DNA from: Rhodosorus marinus CCMP1338
Taxonomy: Eukaryota > Plantae > Rhodophyta
Length of the DNA stretch: 64,000 nucleotides
Assembly: GCA_029953675.1 (NCBI GenBank)
Contig: JAMWBK010000001.1
Location: forward strand, 1,674,001 to 1,738,000
Direction: 5' to 3'
The notes beneath the pieces were generated by a model that was not told the DNA's origin, did no database searches, and saw only the letters and a list, made by a program, of their open reading frames with translations. Shown in pieces: positions 37,838-50,106 of the stretch; the stretch's first letter is position 1; every line of letters starts with the position of its first letter. The translations under genes and the position numbers were made by a program.

Positions 37838-38800
37838 GTGTTGCTTGAAACTCCGCCTGTGCGCCATCACAGACAATGGACAACGAACCTTGGGATCAGC
37901 CTCAGGGCCCGCCTCCGGGAAAAAGGTTGGCAGATTCTGGAAGGCACAGCCGGGAGAAACGATCGAGGGATGTTGGTCTGTTTGCTGTTCAATTATTTCG
38001 GGACACTGTTGTCAACCAGGAATGATCTCCAAAGACACATGAGATATCACAACAGCAATCCTGCGCGCCGTAATCTGTGACGAAAGTTGCTGAGGAGGCA
38101 CTTGATCAATCATACTCCTGAGTGTGGCTAAAAAAAGATATCAGGACACTCCTTGGTGCAAAGCAGCGAGGAGTACTACCACGGGCATCAGGTCAACCTA
38201 GGCAGCTTGGCAGGCATGTCAGAAGCTTTAAATGCAACCCCCAATAGTCGAGCCAATTGAGTACTACAGGACGACTAAGCGAGCAGATTGCGCACTCGGA
38301 CTATGTGCGACCAAAGGGTGGATCAAAACATTCAGAATGTGCATCAAACCAATATATCAGATGTACCTATCCAGCTTCGGAGTGAGAAAGGCAAACCTGC
38401 ACCACGACTGCTGAGAGCCAGATGCATTCGGTGCAAACCGCCATCTGGATTTGCTAGCACTCATCAACGACGGCAACATCGCGAGGTTCGATTTGCTGTT
38501 AGCGAAGATCCACAGACTCTAATCACAACGTGAATAGAGACAATCAGGACCGGCTACGGGCACCCAAACCCAGCCAGTGAAATACTGCGGGAGCCGGACG
38601 GAAAAAATAGCAAACCAGGGTAGCGCGATGATGAGAAACAGCATCTCGTGAGGCAGTGATGAACCAGTGCTGCCTCGGAGACAATGTGAATGCACACCAC
38701 ACCTCGCCTCCCCATCCTCGCCGCCAGTTTGCGACCTGGAATATGGTATTTTCGTTACCGATCAGTCGCATCTGCAGCACTGCAGGAACCAAGGGGAAAA
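37838..38800 (+). pseudogene. Probable multi-finger C2H2 zinc-finger pseudogene
   Basis: Finger remnants lie in different frames: LVC...GTLLSTRNDLQRHMRYH, LLRRHLINH, RCIRCKPPSGFASTHQRRQH and VCDLEYGIFVTDQSHLQH. They are interrupted by stops and frameshifts. Confidence 0.45.
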
Positions 38801-40295
38801 CTGAGCAGACAATTGCTGAAATGCTCGTGGGAGGTATATGAAAAGATAGAAGGGAGATAGGTCATTTGAGCAAGAACGGTCCGTTCGAGAGAGAAACAAG
38901 AAGTTTCGACCTGGAGGAACTGACAGCAGATCGAGAAAGGCGCGTATGTTGAACGAATTGAGTCATTTTTCTGCCTACAGTAGCCTCACTGCTGCAGATG
39001 GAGGATCTTAGCGTGGATTAGAACGGCAAGCTTGCCCTGAGTTGTACTAAACTGTTGTCACTCCCTTGAGGCTCTCTATGCTTCAGCGACATTTGTACAT
39101 GCGATCCTGGAGAGGTAGAAAGATTTGTTCTTTTTGGACGGCGGTTCAACCAGACAGGGACTCCCTTCAGCCTCAAATCGCTCCTCCATCTGTTCATGGT
39201 GTCCAGGACCTGTGGAAAACTAGGGAACACGACTGCCAAAAAGTGCCGTTTTCCTTGAGTTCGTATCAGCTGATTACGCGAAACAATCCTTGCAAATCAG
39301 AGCATCGCACCAAGCTTTGAGAAGAGGAAAACAAAAAGGCGGAGTCCACTGGAAGTGCAACAATTTTCGCCCTCTGATGGGCACCTGCTTCGTCTGTTAA
39401 ACGAAGGACTAGCTTGTGGTAGTTCCCCCATCTTCAATCGCTCGGTGAGCTGCACAACCTCAAGGTTCGTGGCTGAGCAATACCTCGCCTTGCCGAAGAG
39501 AAGAATCCTATGTTCTCAGCAATGCAACTGGATGAAAGCGGCTATTGCGTCTCGTAAAAAGCGAATAATAAAAGAGGAATGTTTACCATTTAAGGTTGCG
39601 AATTTTTTTTTCTAGACCGCGCAGGAAAAATATACCAAAGACGGTAGATATACTTTGTTATTTCCCGTCGGACCAAGTGCGGACGGCTATGAATCTGTGA
39701 AAGACGGGCAAACAAGTCGTTTCAGAAACAATACACCAGCCGAAAAAAAACAAAATCACCTTAAAAGAAGTCTATTAACTTCTTGAAAACGCTTGTCTAA
39801 TCGCGGAGCTCGCTATAGAATTCCCGTCCGCCACAACCTCACCCGACATCAGCATCCCCCTCTGTAGATCGTGCATGGGATTGGCACCTCCACTCAACCC
39901 AACCCAATCAACAGAGCGCTCAATACGCAGAACACCTGTACCGCGAGTAAAATTAACCAATCATATAACGAGAAAATTATATCAGTATTTCTATTGGAAA
40001 CTCTTGGCTGTAAGTTCAATGGAACTGAGCCTGGGATACACAACCATTACATCGGGTATCCAATCCAGATTTTACTTTAAAATTTGAATATCATAAGTAA
40101 TCTAGGTGACCTTCGATTCAAGATCAGAAAAATAGTTGGAAACAAGAGCATTAGGCTAAGTAATCAGTCAATTTTCTGTTATGCTTAATAGGAATCATAA
40201 CGTCTTTTCGCGCCGTGGCAGAGGAGGGGGGGAAGGTGGATATTTGGTTAGTGGGTTAGGAAGGAGGGGGGAAATTTGCGTGAGCAATTTTTTTT

Positions 40296-40326
40296 GGGGG
40301 GTGGGGTGGGGTGGGGTGGGGTGGGG
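40296..40326 (+). repeat. (GGGGT)n repeat with six G-tracts, G-quadruplex-forming potential
   Basis: G6-T-G4-T-G4-T-G4-T-G4-T-G4, ending 30 nt upstream of the ATG at 40356. Confidence 0.9.
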
Positions 40327-40355
40327 TTCGAAGTTGAATGACGAGGAGGTAGGGC

Positions 40356-40742
40356 ATGACGAACGGGTTGGAAGCGAAAAACTATGGCGCGTCGAATGAG
40401 GCGGCGGGGCCTGTGAACGATTTGAAGGGCGTGGAGAAGTTGGAGGATGGGGTGCAGAGGAGGATCACAAAGTCCGGAGTGGTCCACGTGTGTCCAAAGT
40501 GTCGGTTTATTTCGAGGAGGAAGTATAACGTGAAGGCGCATTTGAGGATACACAATAACGAAACTCCGTACAAGTGTCGCGCCGCTACTTGTGGACGGCT
40601 GTTTCGCTGGGTACAGACGAGGGACAGGCACGAAGCTGCGTGTCACCTTTTCCAACAGAAAGACAATGAGGTCGATGATAGATATGCCTGGAAGTTGCTC
40701 CTTGATTTGAAGAATGGTGCGTCGCCGAGCAGTAAGGAGTGA
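40356..40742 (+). CDS. C2H2 zinc-finger protein (two fingers)
   Basis: HVCPKCRFISRRKYNVKAHLRIH, linker NNETP, then YKCRAATCGRLFRWVQTRDRHEAACH. Confidence 0.85.
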   Translation: MTNGLEAKNYGASNEAAGPVNDLKGVEKLEDGVQRRITKSGVVHVCPKCRFISRRKYNVKAHLRIHNNETPYKCRAATCGRLFRWVQTRDRHEAACHLFQQKDNEVDDRYAWKLLLDLKNGASPSSKE

Positions 40743-42482
40743 GCAAGAGAAGCTTGTAGTCTGTATAGAACAAAAATATGGTACAGGTGAACTCCTGCAG
40801 TTCAATGAATGAGATCCAGATTTGAGACGTTTGAGTTGTAGCACCTTTGTGGATAGTGTGGCGTAGTAGATGCTAATGGAGAGGACTCCCAGCGCCCCGG
40901 TGAGGACTTGGGAGTCGCCCAACTGACTAACAAGTCGTTAACAAAAGTAAAAAAATGTTTGGTTTTGTGAAGCAATAGGTCATGCATGATCTTATCGTCG
41001 GAATGCGCTCCAAGGCAGCAACAGCGTTCAACAATTCCGAACTGGAGCGACATCCGCGCAGGTACGTCCGTCATCGTGCATGGACTAGACTGCGTCTTTT
41101 CTGATCCTGTGAATTAGCAATGATCGTGTACAAACCTGGCACTGGGATGGTCATGAACGACGGCTGCTCATTCTACAGCTAACATATATGGAGCATACTT
41201 GAGACTGACGAGTGCGGACAAGCATTGAGTCCCCCTCTCATGCCCGCGATCGATTGCAACTAGATACGCTTGAGAAAAATCACTAGATCGTTTTTCCTCA
41301 AACCCCCTCGCTCAAGCCGCCCGAGTGGTTGAGGAGAGACTAAAAGCGAGGAAACCGCATATAGAATTCTACATAAGAAAAAAAAAGAAAGCACCCAAAT
41401 CCCTCACCTGTGGATTCGCTCGAGAAGCCCCCGCTTAGCGAGAAATTTCAAGTTGATAGAATCAATCGAAATGGAACTCAATCTCCTAAATTTCGAATAT
41501 ATTAACGTCCATCTAAAACTAGAAATGACTGATAAACTTTATGATAATGATTGTGCTGTACTGAAGATAAACCGCGGGTCGATTTTTTTTTAAATATACT
41601 CGTAGTGCTTGATGTAGGTCCAAAATAGTGAGGTATTCATTTGCACGTGTTAAGCAATTCACCAGCAAGAGATGATACGGCAAGTTTTTTAATCATGATA
41701 CAATGAACTCGCGGGATAAGTTTTTCTGGTCGAATCGAAATCAAGCCCATGTGGAAATAGACGAATTTATTTATGTTATTTAATTTAAATTGGATTTCCT
41801 TCCATTAGAGTGCATAACGTCGTCGTTCTAGAACATCTCAGATTAAGAAGATTTTTCGGGATCTCTCAACAGATTGTGTGTGTTGCGCGTTGAAAAGAGT
41901 GGAGGGGGTATTTTTGGTTTTCCTCTTTGTATTATATTTATTTTCGATTCATTTTCAAGGTTAACCTTGGAATTCATTTTAGCGCAACTAGGGGTTTTCA
42001 GGAACCTTCGCTTCGTCGGAAAGAATCTGGATTTGCGTTGGCCACGGGAGGGGAGGTGGTCGGTGAGGAATCCCAAAGTTCCGGTGTTCAGCGGCTTTCG
42101 AGAATTCAGCTGCCACAGTTGTCTTCAGGCACCCGATTTGGCTTGCGGGCTTCTTTACCGAAAAGCTACAAAGCTCCGGCTGAGTAAAACTAGTCTGTCA
42201 AACGATTTTCGGTAGCGTCTTGGTTGGCTCTCAGTCATTTCGATTGACGTGTTTGAGCCACCTGCTTCCTGGTTGGCGTTCGATACGCATGAGTTCTTCC
42301 TCAGAGCCTCAGAAAACAAACTGAAGAGTTACAGCTTATCGCTCGAATTGGCTGGAGTTCGGCGCGGTTAGGTCTAGGGTTTTCGACCTCAACAAGCGCC
42401 GGGCCCGTTAGACCTCTTTAGACTGCATTTGAAAGATATGCTGGAAGTCCTTTTGTCGTGCATATCGTTGATCCTGCAGGTT

Positions 42483-42613
42483 GGTACAATGGCAGATGTG
42501 CAGCGCATTATGCAATGGAGGCGACGGGTACAATGGCAGATGTGCAGCACATTATGCAATGGAGGCGATGGGTACAATGGCAGATGTGCAGCACATTATG
42601 CAATGGAGGCGAT
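42483..42613. repeat. Three tandem 44-bp repeats
   Basis: Unit ggtacaatggcagatgtgcagc(g/a)cattatgcaatggaggcga(c/t)g starts at 42483, 42527 and 42571. There are no spacers. Confidence 0.95.
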
Positions 42614-43474
42614 CGGAATCGCGCTTCTGTAGAACGCTCCGCTGGCTCACACTGTGTGGTTTTCAGGGAATGTGCACCTGCCTGGACAGCCAGGCAGCCC
42701 TGGATGAATTGAAGGATGAAAACAACCCGCCAATGATGAAATAAATCTTAAGAGCAGAAAACGTGAAGCACAGCAATCCCCGGTTTCGCACGCTCCTCGG
42801 GATACTTGCTCCTACCACCAGCAAGACAACAGATTGGACTGTTTCAACATTTCCTCATTGCTTTCCGCGCCTGTAGGCATTCAGAGGAGGGACTCGCGCT
42901 GATCGTGGTTGCAGTGGGAGTGGGTCCCGTGGCATATCCGGTTCAATCGCGAGCGGGGGAATGACAGCGCTGCGTGGATGCAATCCTGCGGAACCACTCA
43001 GCTAATGTGGGAATGAAATTCTGGACTACTTGGTTCGGCAACGGTCCTAGGAATTATACTCTGCCCAACTCGCCACTGTTCCAGCGCAACAGAATACCAT
43101 CACTTCAGTGGGGTTTCACAACGTTGACAGATCAAACCACCCCCTAGTCGAGCACCATCGGCACGTTTAGGTTACAACCAGCACAAGCAAACTCTCCACG
43201 CCCGCCTTCGACTTCGTGCCCCATGCCCAATCCTTCTTACCCGCTCCAAAAAGGAAACCTAAACAACCCGTCGAAAAGGTCCCCAGTTGAGGAATTGAAG
43301 ATGATTCGTACTCGTTAGTAAAATAGGGTTTCAATGAAATATTGTCAAACTTACTAGGGAGGCGTTTCCTTGAGATACGCCTCCCTTCGTTTTGTTCTGT
43401 TCATGCAATGAAGCACTCCTAAGAGAATGGTATAATGGAAAATTCTAAGAAGTTCTCCTGTTTTCGGCGGAAAA

Positions 43475-43520
43475 GAGGGAAAGAGGGAAAGAGGGAAAGA
43501 GGGAAAGGGGGAAAGAGGGA
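43475..43520. repeat. (GAGGGAAA)n polypurine minisatellite
   Basis: About 5.75 copies of an 8-mer, one of them variant, about 450 bp upstream of the Kelch-BTB gene. Confidence 0.9.
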
Positions 43521-43965
43521 GGGGGAATGGGGGTACTATGTCTTGCTGAACAGGGCTGGTTCTAGTAAGAGGCCGTATGGATACGGTTTTAGGGTAGGGA
43601 TATAGAGAATACTCTAGGACTTGAAGGAAGTGGAATGATGGTGTGGGGTGACGCAGGGGGATGTTTGATTGTTTTAGAAATTTGTGGAACTGGTAGTACG
43701 GGAGTAGTGGCTGTATCTAGTCGTTGATGGGTGTAGATTGGAGGTGGGGAAGGACGGATTCCGTGTTTACATGCGTTTTGAAGTTGAAGAGGACTTCGTT
43801 GGGGACCAAGGTTGTCAGGTCGATGTAGTGTACATGAACGGGGTGGTTATCAGTTCGTGTAGCGTCTCTGCTGTTGGAGGAGGGGCTTGTTTTGGTACAA
43901 AGGGCTGGGGTAGAGATAGTCTTCATCTAAGTTGACAAACCCGCACGTAAAAATTCAGTTTTGGC

Positions 43966-46390
43966 ATGGATGAGCACGAGTCTGGCCAGGCAGAGTCTAG
44001 CTGTTTCGAGCCTGTACAAATGAGTCTGTCTCAGCTGCTTCCTACTTGGACTGAAATCGAAAAAACTCCGGATGGCAACTCTCCTGGACCCCGCGCCGGT
44101 CATGCGATGGTGGACTATTCTAGTCGGCTCTACCTCTTCGGAGGTTTTGGAGAAGGTTGGTAGAAATAAGAACCAATCAGCTACTAAACCGCTCCAAGGC
44201 GGCGCGAAACACTGTTTCCTTATTGTTCTCCTCTGCTTTGGCTCGTAATTCTCACGAATAGGACATGCACCACCTGATGCCAACCCTGAAGATCCTGCAG
44301 AACGTCAGCCAGTTCCAGCTGAGTACTACAATGATGTTTACGAGTTTGACTGCGCCAGCGGTGTTTGGACTGAGATAAGAGTATCTGAGGAGCCCAGTGA
44401 GCTTCCGGAACCTCGGAGAAACGCCTCCATGGTGAGTATCCTTTTCAATTGGTCGGAAGTGCAAGATAGTATAATCTCTTTGCAGAGAAGATGCACCTAC
44501 AATGTAGTCCGGCAAAGCAAGGGACGCATAGACATGCCGCTTGGCATCCTTAAGTGATAGGATTGAAACAGTGAAGAACTTCCCCGTTCTCTTCTTGATA
44601 GCCGCTGGAAGCCAATTCTGAACTACCGTCCTCAACTTCTTCGTCGGCTTGATCTAGAATATTTACGGGGGTTCCTTGTTCATCTTTGGGGGATTCAATA
44701 GTAAGAATCAAGTCCTGGGTGACATGTGGGAGTTCAAGATCGGGGAGCGTGAGTGGCAGCGCGTAAAATGGAAGCAGTCTGATGTCTCTGGTTCGGACAG
44801 ATCAGTCCCCATTGCGAGGGCTGAGCATTCGGCCGTCGTCTATGGGAACCAGTTGATTGTGTTTGGTGGTTACGATGGGAAGAAGAAACTGAATGATACT
44901 TACACGTTCAACTTTTTGATGTCCGAATGGACTCGACTCGATGAAACGGAGGGGAACGTACCAAATCGAAGATGCAAGCATGCGTCTGTTGTTTACGGGA
45001 AGAAGATGTACGTCCTGGGAGGTTTTCAGTGTGTCCAGGGGGCAAATTTTGCGCTCACCGATCTCCACGCTTTTGACTGCGAAGAGCGAACATGGTCGAG
45101 TATTCTGATGCGGGGGCAGGTTCCCGGATCTCTCCAGGTGCGCTAGTATACCCCGTCCTCAGCAACATGACCAACATATTCCGGGTCTGCGAAACTACCG
45201 GATCCTAAAATACGGCCAGTGATTGTTTTCCCTTAATGGTTTTCCAGGGCCATAAAGCTGTAGTATGTGAGGATTCGATGTACATAATCGGGGGCAAAAT
45301 CAAGCCAAAGCCAGTTGAGGGAGTGGATGGTATTTGCAGTGAGCTCAACCAGGAGCTATGGCAGTACCGGTTTAACGTTAACGTGTGGTCAATTGTGCCC
45401 TATGCGGGCAGCCTTCCCAAACCGAGACAGTTGCACGCTGCCGTTATGATACCGAGCTCGGAGAATCGTGTAAGCGTGTACGTGTTTGGCGGAACGGACA
45501 GGTTGAAATCTACGTACTATGACGACTTGCACGTCTTAGAAAGCCCGAGATCCTCCGTCAACAGTCTCAGTCATGGTTGTTCACTGTGTGGAGATATGAA
45601 GAAGGTCCTGAACAACGAGATGTTCTCGGACATTGTGTTCATAGTTGAGGGAGAACGGATCTTTGCACACAAGTGAGTTTCAGTTAGATGCTTTTTTCGG
45701 CTAGAGTGTCCAAGCTTTTTCCCTGTGCCCGATTCGTTGAGCGCGTGCGTGACTCACCCCCCTACCTTTTTCTGCCTTGCTTTTGGATCGGTTTAGATGC
45801 GTCCTCGTCGCAAGAAGTCAATATTTTAGAAACATGTTTCAGAGCAACATGAAGGAGAAGAACCAAAACGAGATTGTCATAGAAGAAATTTCAAGGGGTA
45901 TTTTCCTTGCGCTGTTGGAGTACATGTACACCGACCACTTGGATCTGCATCGGGATATGTGCATTGACGTACTGAAGGCTGCTGAGAAGTTTGGACTCGA
46001 CGGACTCAGAAGCCAATGCGAGGAAAAGCTGTCACGGGTGAGGGTCTTAGCCATTGAATCTCACAAGAACGGCGAAAAGAATGCACGGTGAGAGTAGCTT
46101 TGTTGTCTAACGAGTGATTGTTTCTTGCTTTCGCTTGGCATCAGGCAATTACGGTGGATAATGTTTCAGCTCTGTGCGAAATTGCCGACCAAATAGGGGC
46201 TCCCGATTTGAGAACCTACTGCATTCAGTACGTTGTACAGAATTTTCTTGAGGTTTTGGATACTCCTGGATTCCAGGACATGATGTCTCGGTTGGAGAGA
46301 CGATCGCTCGTCCGAGAGATTCTGCACCGGGCTTTCCGACACTCAGTTCCACAGCAACCTCGGAAGAGGGTTCGGGAATCCAAAGCTTGA
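43966..46390 (+). CDS. Kelch-repeat plus BTB/BACK protein (LZTR1-like architecture), multi-exon
   Basis: Kelch repeats GPRAGHAMV..LYLFGGF, ARAEHSAVVYGNQLIVFGGYDG, RRCKHASVV and PRQLHAAV..YVFGG. The BTB domain is FSDIVFIVEGERIFAHK/CVLVARSQYFRNMF...FLALLEYMYTD, followed by BACK-like ITVDNV..LRTYCIQYVVQNF. Confidence 0.9.
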
Positions 46391-46796
46391 ATCTGCCACC
46401 TGGAACACAGTGAAGGGGTCTGGCTAGAGCGAGCGCCCAGCCACATGTTTCCTTGTGCTCTAATAACAAATCCATGCCTAACAGAAAATTGATGAAAGAA
46501 AACTACTACGTAGTTCGTTTGTATCTACGGACCGTTTACGTTGAGAACCACCCAAAGCAGCTCAACCCAACAATATTCCACAAACAGCCCAGTAGGGCAC
46601 ACCATCGGGGTTGGGATGAGAGGTTGAACTCCCCCACAAATCTTTCGAGGCAAGATTACCTGATGATCAGTAGTTCCGCGCATCGATTCTAAGCCAGTGC
46701 TCGTCTGTTATATCCTCCATCGAATCATCCGCGCACACGCGCACATGGCATATGCATTTATCAGGGTTCATGGACATCTTTATCGTTACATTAACA

Positions 46797-47831
46797 TTAA
46801 CTTAAAACTTTTGGATCGGGTAAGCGACGAAATATTGAGAAATATTTTGAGCCTCGGTTCTTGTCAACGCGGGCTGCTTCATCTGTTCTGTCCCGGACGT
46901 AAGTTGATACGGGATCACTAGCCTGTGAACAGCGTGGAGTACAGTAGACTGACATGTCAGAGAATTGACAGACTCTGAATGGTTATCTTCGCTACCGCGA
47001 AACTATGCTGCTGAGAAGAAAGCTTGTCTTGGAATTTGCTTACGATTTCTTCGTCTGTGAGTTGGGTGAAGAGTGGATGCTTGGTTAGTCTTTCTGATAT
47101 CCACTGGAAGAGTTCTTCTACGTCAGTGACGACGTAGACAAGAGCGGAAGGCGACAAAACGTATGCGTATTCTGCAAGAAGCTGCATGGACACAATTCTC
47201 TGCCGGTGTTTTTTCTTCTTGTAGTGTGGATCTGGATAGCAAAAGAACATCTTTTCGACACTGCCCTTCTCGAAGAAATTCACGAGGAACTTCATCACGT
47301 TGGTGCGGATATACCAAACGTTCCCGTACGATCCGGGTGCCTCTTTCCGTAGTTTCTTGATCCGTTCTTCGCAGAACTGAAGCGGGCGATCGCGAATCTC
47401 AAGTCCTGCGAATGCATACAGTCTGTTAGCGCAACGCTCGCACCTTCACTCTGATCATGAAACCCTGCGGCTCAGAATTGGACGACCGATTGATTGATCC
47501 ACATGAAGTTGTCCTTACCGACCATAAGCTTATCCGGAAATGCCGTCGACATTTCCGCCAAAAGGCCTCCGTAGCCGCACCCAATATCCACCCATTCCGG
47601 TCTGGTCACGTCAACCTCCTCCTTCAACGCTCGGGCCCTAAGACCTTCACTAGTCGCACTTTCAAGATCGAACCACTTTCTCCACTCAACCTCCGAAGGC
47701 CTCGACGGAACATCGAAATTCCCGTCATTCAGAGGATTCGAATGTGCGCGCGCTCGAAAGTCTCGATTAGAAAGTCTAAACTTTACCCGGCTTGTCAAAG
47801 GATGCGGTTCATCCTTTTTAGCAGACGCCAT
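46797..47831 (-). CDS. TRM8: tRNA (guanine-N7)-methyltransferase catalytic subunit, multi-exon
   Basis: FRARAHSNPL, VDIGCGYGGLL, MFFCYPDPHYKKKKHRQRIV and YVVTDVEELFQWI. Last exon ...RTDEAARVDKNRGSKYFSIFRR, stop at 46799-46797. Confidence 0.95.
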
Positions 47832-48520
47832 CCAACCACAAAACTTCAACCCAATCCAACTCTACCCCTCACCGCTACAAGAAGAAACCCACCACACACA
47901 ATCCCCGAGGCAACCACGGTTCCAGTCCACTTGACGACTTCGTAAAAGGGGTTCGCAACGCTCGTTAACTAGTAGAAGCAGTAGTACTAGTAGCAATAGC
48001 AAACTCCTGAATGCATGACTTTCTTCCGTCTATCCATAGCACCTCCGCTACGAAGCCTCGCCTCCAGTAACAACTAGAACAAGACAAGTGCTTAGAACAA
48101 GTATCGATGTCCACCACGCGCGGGGGAGGTTGAATGAAATGTCTAGCCGACGGTCCTGTTCTCCTGATAGGGTTTTGAATGACTTCATTGATTCGTTGTG
48201 AGTCGAGTTTCTGAGGAGCTCTCTCAAGCAGATGATACAGTGTTTGCTTCTTCTGCAGTAGCAGTTATGTTCGTCGCTGAGCGTGTGTGAGAGCGTCTAG
48301 TTTGATACGATTCCTCGTGGTAGCGGTTCGTGAAATACAAAAACAAAACCCGGTCGATCAGGATGGAACTCAATTTGAGCACTAGATAGCTGTTTCTGGG
48401 TGAGATTGTCGCTCGGAGTTTATGGTTCAGGTGACCACCATCTTAGTGGTTATCGAGGCGGTCACTGAGGCATATTGTTGATCCCCATTCAGCAGATGAG
48501 GCTTTTTGACCGATTCTTCA

Positions 48521-49729
48521 GGTTCGATGCGAGTAGTCGCTAGATGGCAGGAACAGCAACGTCAGCGGTATGAGGAGGCTCTGACCTTGGATGACGATGT
48601 GTTATGAAATCCAGGCTGGCATCTGGTGTGAACGTGAAAGGGATCTGGAATGGTATAGAAGATCGTGTGAGGAAAGCTGTAGAGCTAGGAGATTCTAAGC
48701 GCGTGAGCAGGCAGCTGCGGAAGTATACTTCTAGGGAAGACTATGGCTCAGCGGAGAGGCTAGCTCGGTGCACTGTCCTTTTTGGAAGTCAGGAGACGGC
48801 ACAGTTCGTTGTCTCTGATTTTCTCAACCTGCTAACCTCTCGAAAGGATGAACATGCTGGTCGGATCTGTCGCGAGTTTGCGTACTGGCTGCGCCAGAAC
48901 AGGTTTGAAGGAACCTCGTCCACACAGGAGTCACTCTTAACGCTATGGTACGCCTTGTCTTTGAATCTACCCTCGTACCGAAACCGCCCGGCTCCGCTCT
49001 GATCAAAGTAGTAATCGGATCCTTAGGACTCGCGAAAATGACTCTGTGTCAGCGGAAGCAGTGTTCCAGCAGTTGGTAAAGGGGTCCGCGAAAGTACAGG
49101 TTTACGATCAGATGATGGAAATGTATTCAAGACAAGCCAAGCCCGCCGCTGCCATTCGGGTCATGGAGCTCTCTCGCAAGTGTGGTCTGCCACTCACTAG
49201 CAGACTTTGGAACCACCTTCTCCAGGCGTATCTTGCCGGAGGAGATGTACAAAATGCCGAGCTTTCTTTACGGCAGATGCAAAATCGAGGATTTCAGCCG
49301 GATGTACGCTCACTGGAATGCTTCTTGAGACACTTCACAGCCACTTCCAATACGGAGGAGATGAGAAGATTCTATGATCTCGTTCGTGAAGGCTTTGTCG
49401 GTCCTCTTGATCGGCTGACCATGCTCCTTCTAACAACTTACGTGAGAATCGGGCAAGTTCAAGAAGCGCTCAACTTCCTTGAGGAGAGTTTGGACGAGAA
49501 ATCAATTATGTGGAGAGGTTTCGAGATGATAGACGAGTTAATGATCGAGCTGATGAACGTGAAGGACATGTCAGGCTGCATTTCAGTCTGGAACTTGGCG
49601 CGTGAACGCGAATTGGAGCCGTCAGCAACTCAGTGTTCTATCGCCCTCCGGGCTGCGACTGAAAGCAATGACGAAAACTTGAAAAGTCTTGTCCATACGT
49701 TGGCAAGCAAGAACTGGCTTGATTTGTAA
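48521..49729 (+). CDS. Pentatricopeptide-repeat (PPR) protein; additional upstream exons likely
   Basis: PPR-like 35-aa units VYDQMMEMYSRQAKPAAAIRVMELSRKCGLPLTSR and LWNHLLQAYLAGGDVQNAELSLRQMQNRGFQPDVR. Introns were inferred near 48568-48615 and 48950-49027. The 5' end is unresolved; one frame is open from about 48037. Confidence 0.75.
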
Positions 49730-50106
49730 ACCAGCAGCAATTCGCTACTTCTCAGTGCAGACCATTTTGTGACCTCAAAAAGCATCAGTTTCTTTCTTTA
49801 CCGCTTGTACACGGCCTACTTGCGCCTTTTTTTCTTCGCGATGACATTCAGCTAATGTCCATCAGCGATTTGAACAATAGAAGAAGTAGGTACCTGCCGG
49901 TCTGTACAAAAAGGATCACGTACCTACTTCCAACCCTAGGATGATCGCTTCGCGCGTTTTGACGGTGTTGTGATAAGATAATCTGTACAAGTTGCGCATC
50001 GGAAGTTTTTCCCGCCCCGCCTTTGTATGCTGCTTCTGCCACATCTCGGAACGAAAAAGGAATCAAAGCATTGTGCGCAGCCCATTCTTTGATCGACCCA
50101 TCCCAG

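Noticed and set aside
40248-40922. 224-aa minus-strand ORF
   Set aside because: It is the antisense shadow of the C2H2 gene and the G-rich repeat.
42483-42613. CRISPR array
   Set aside because: The repeats are head-to-tail with no unique spacers, there are no cas genes, and the context is eukaryotic.
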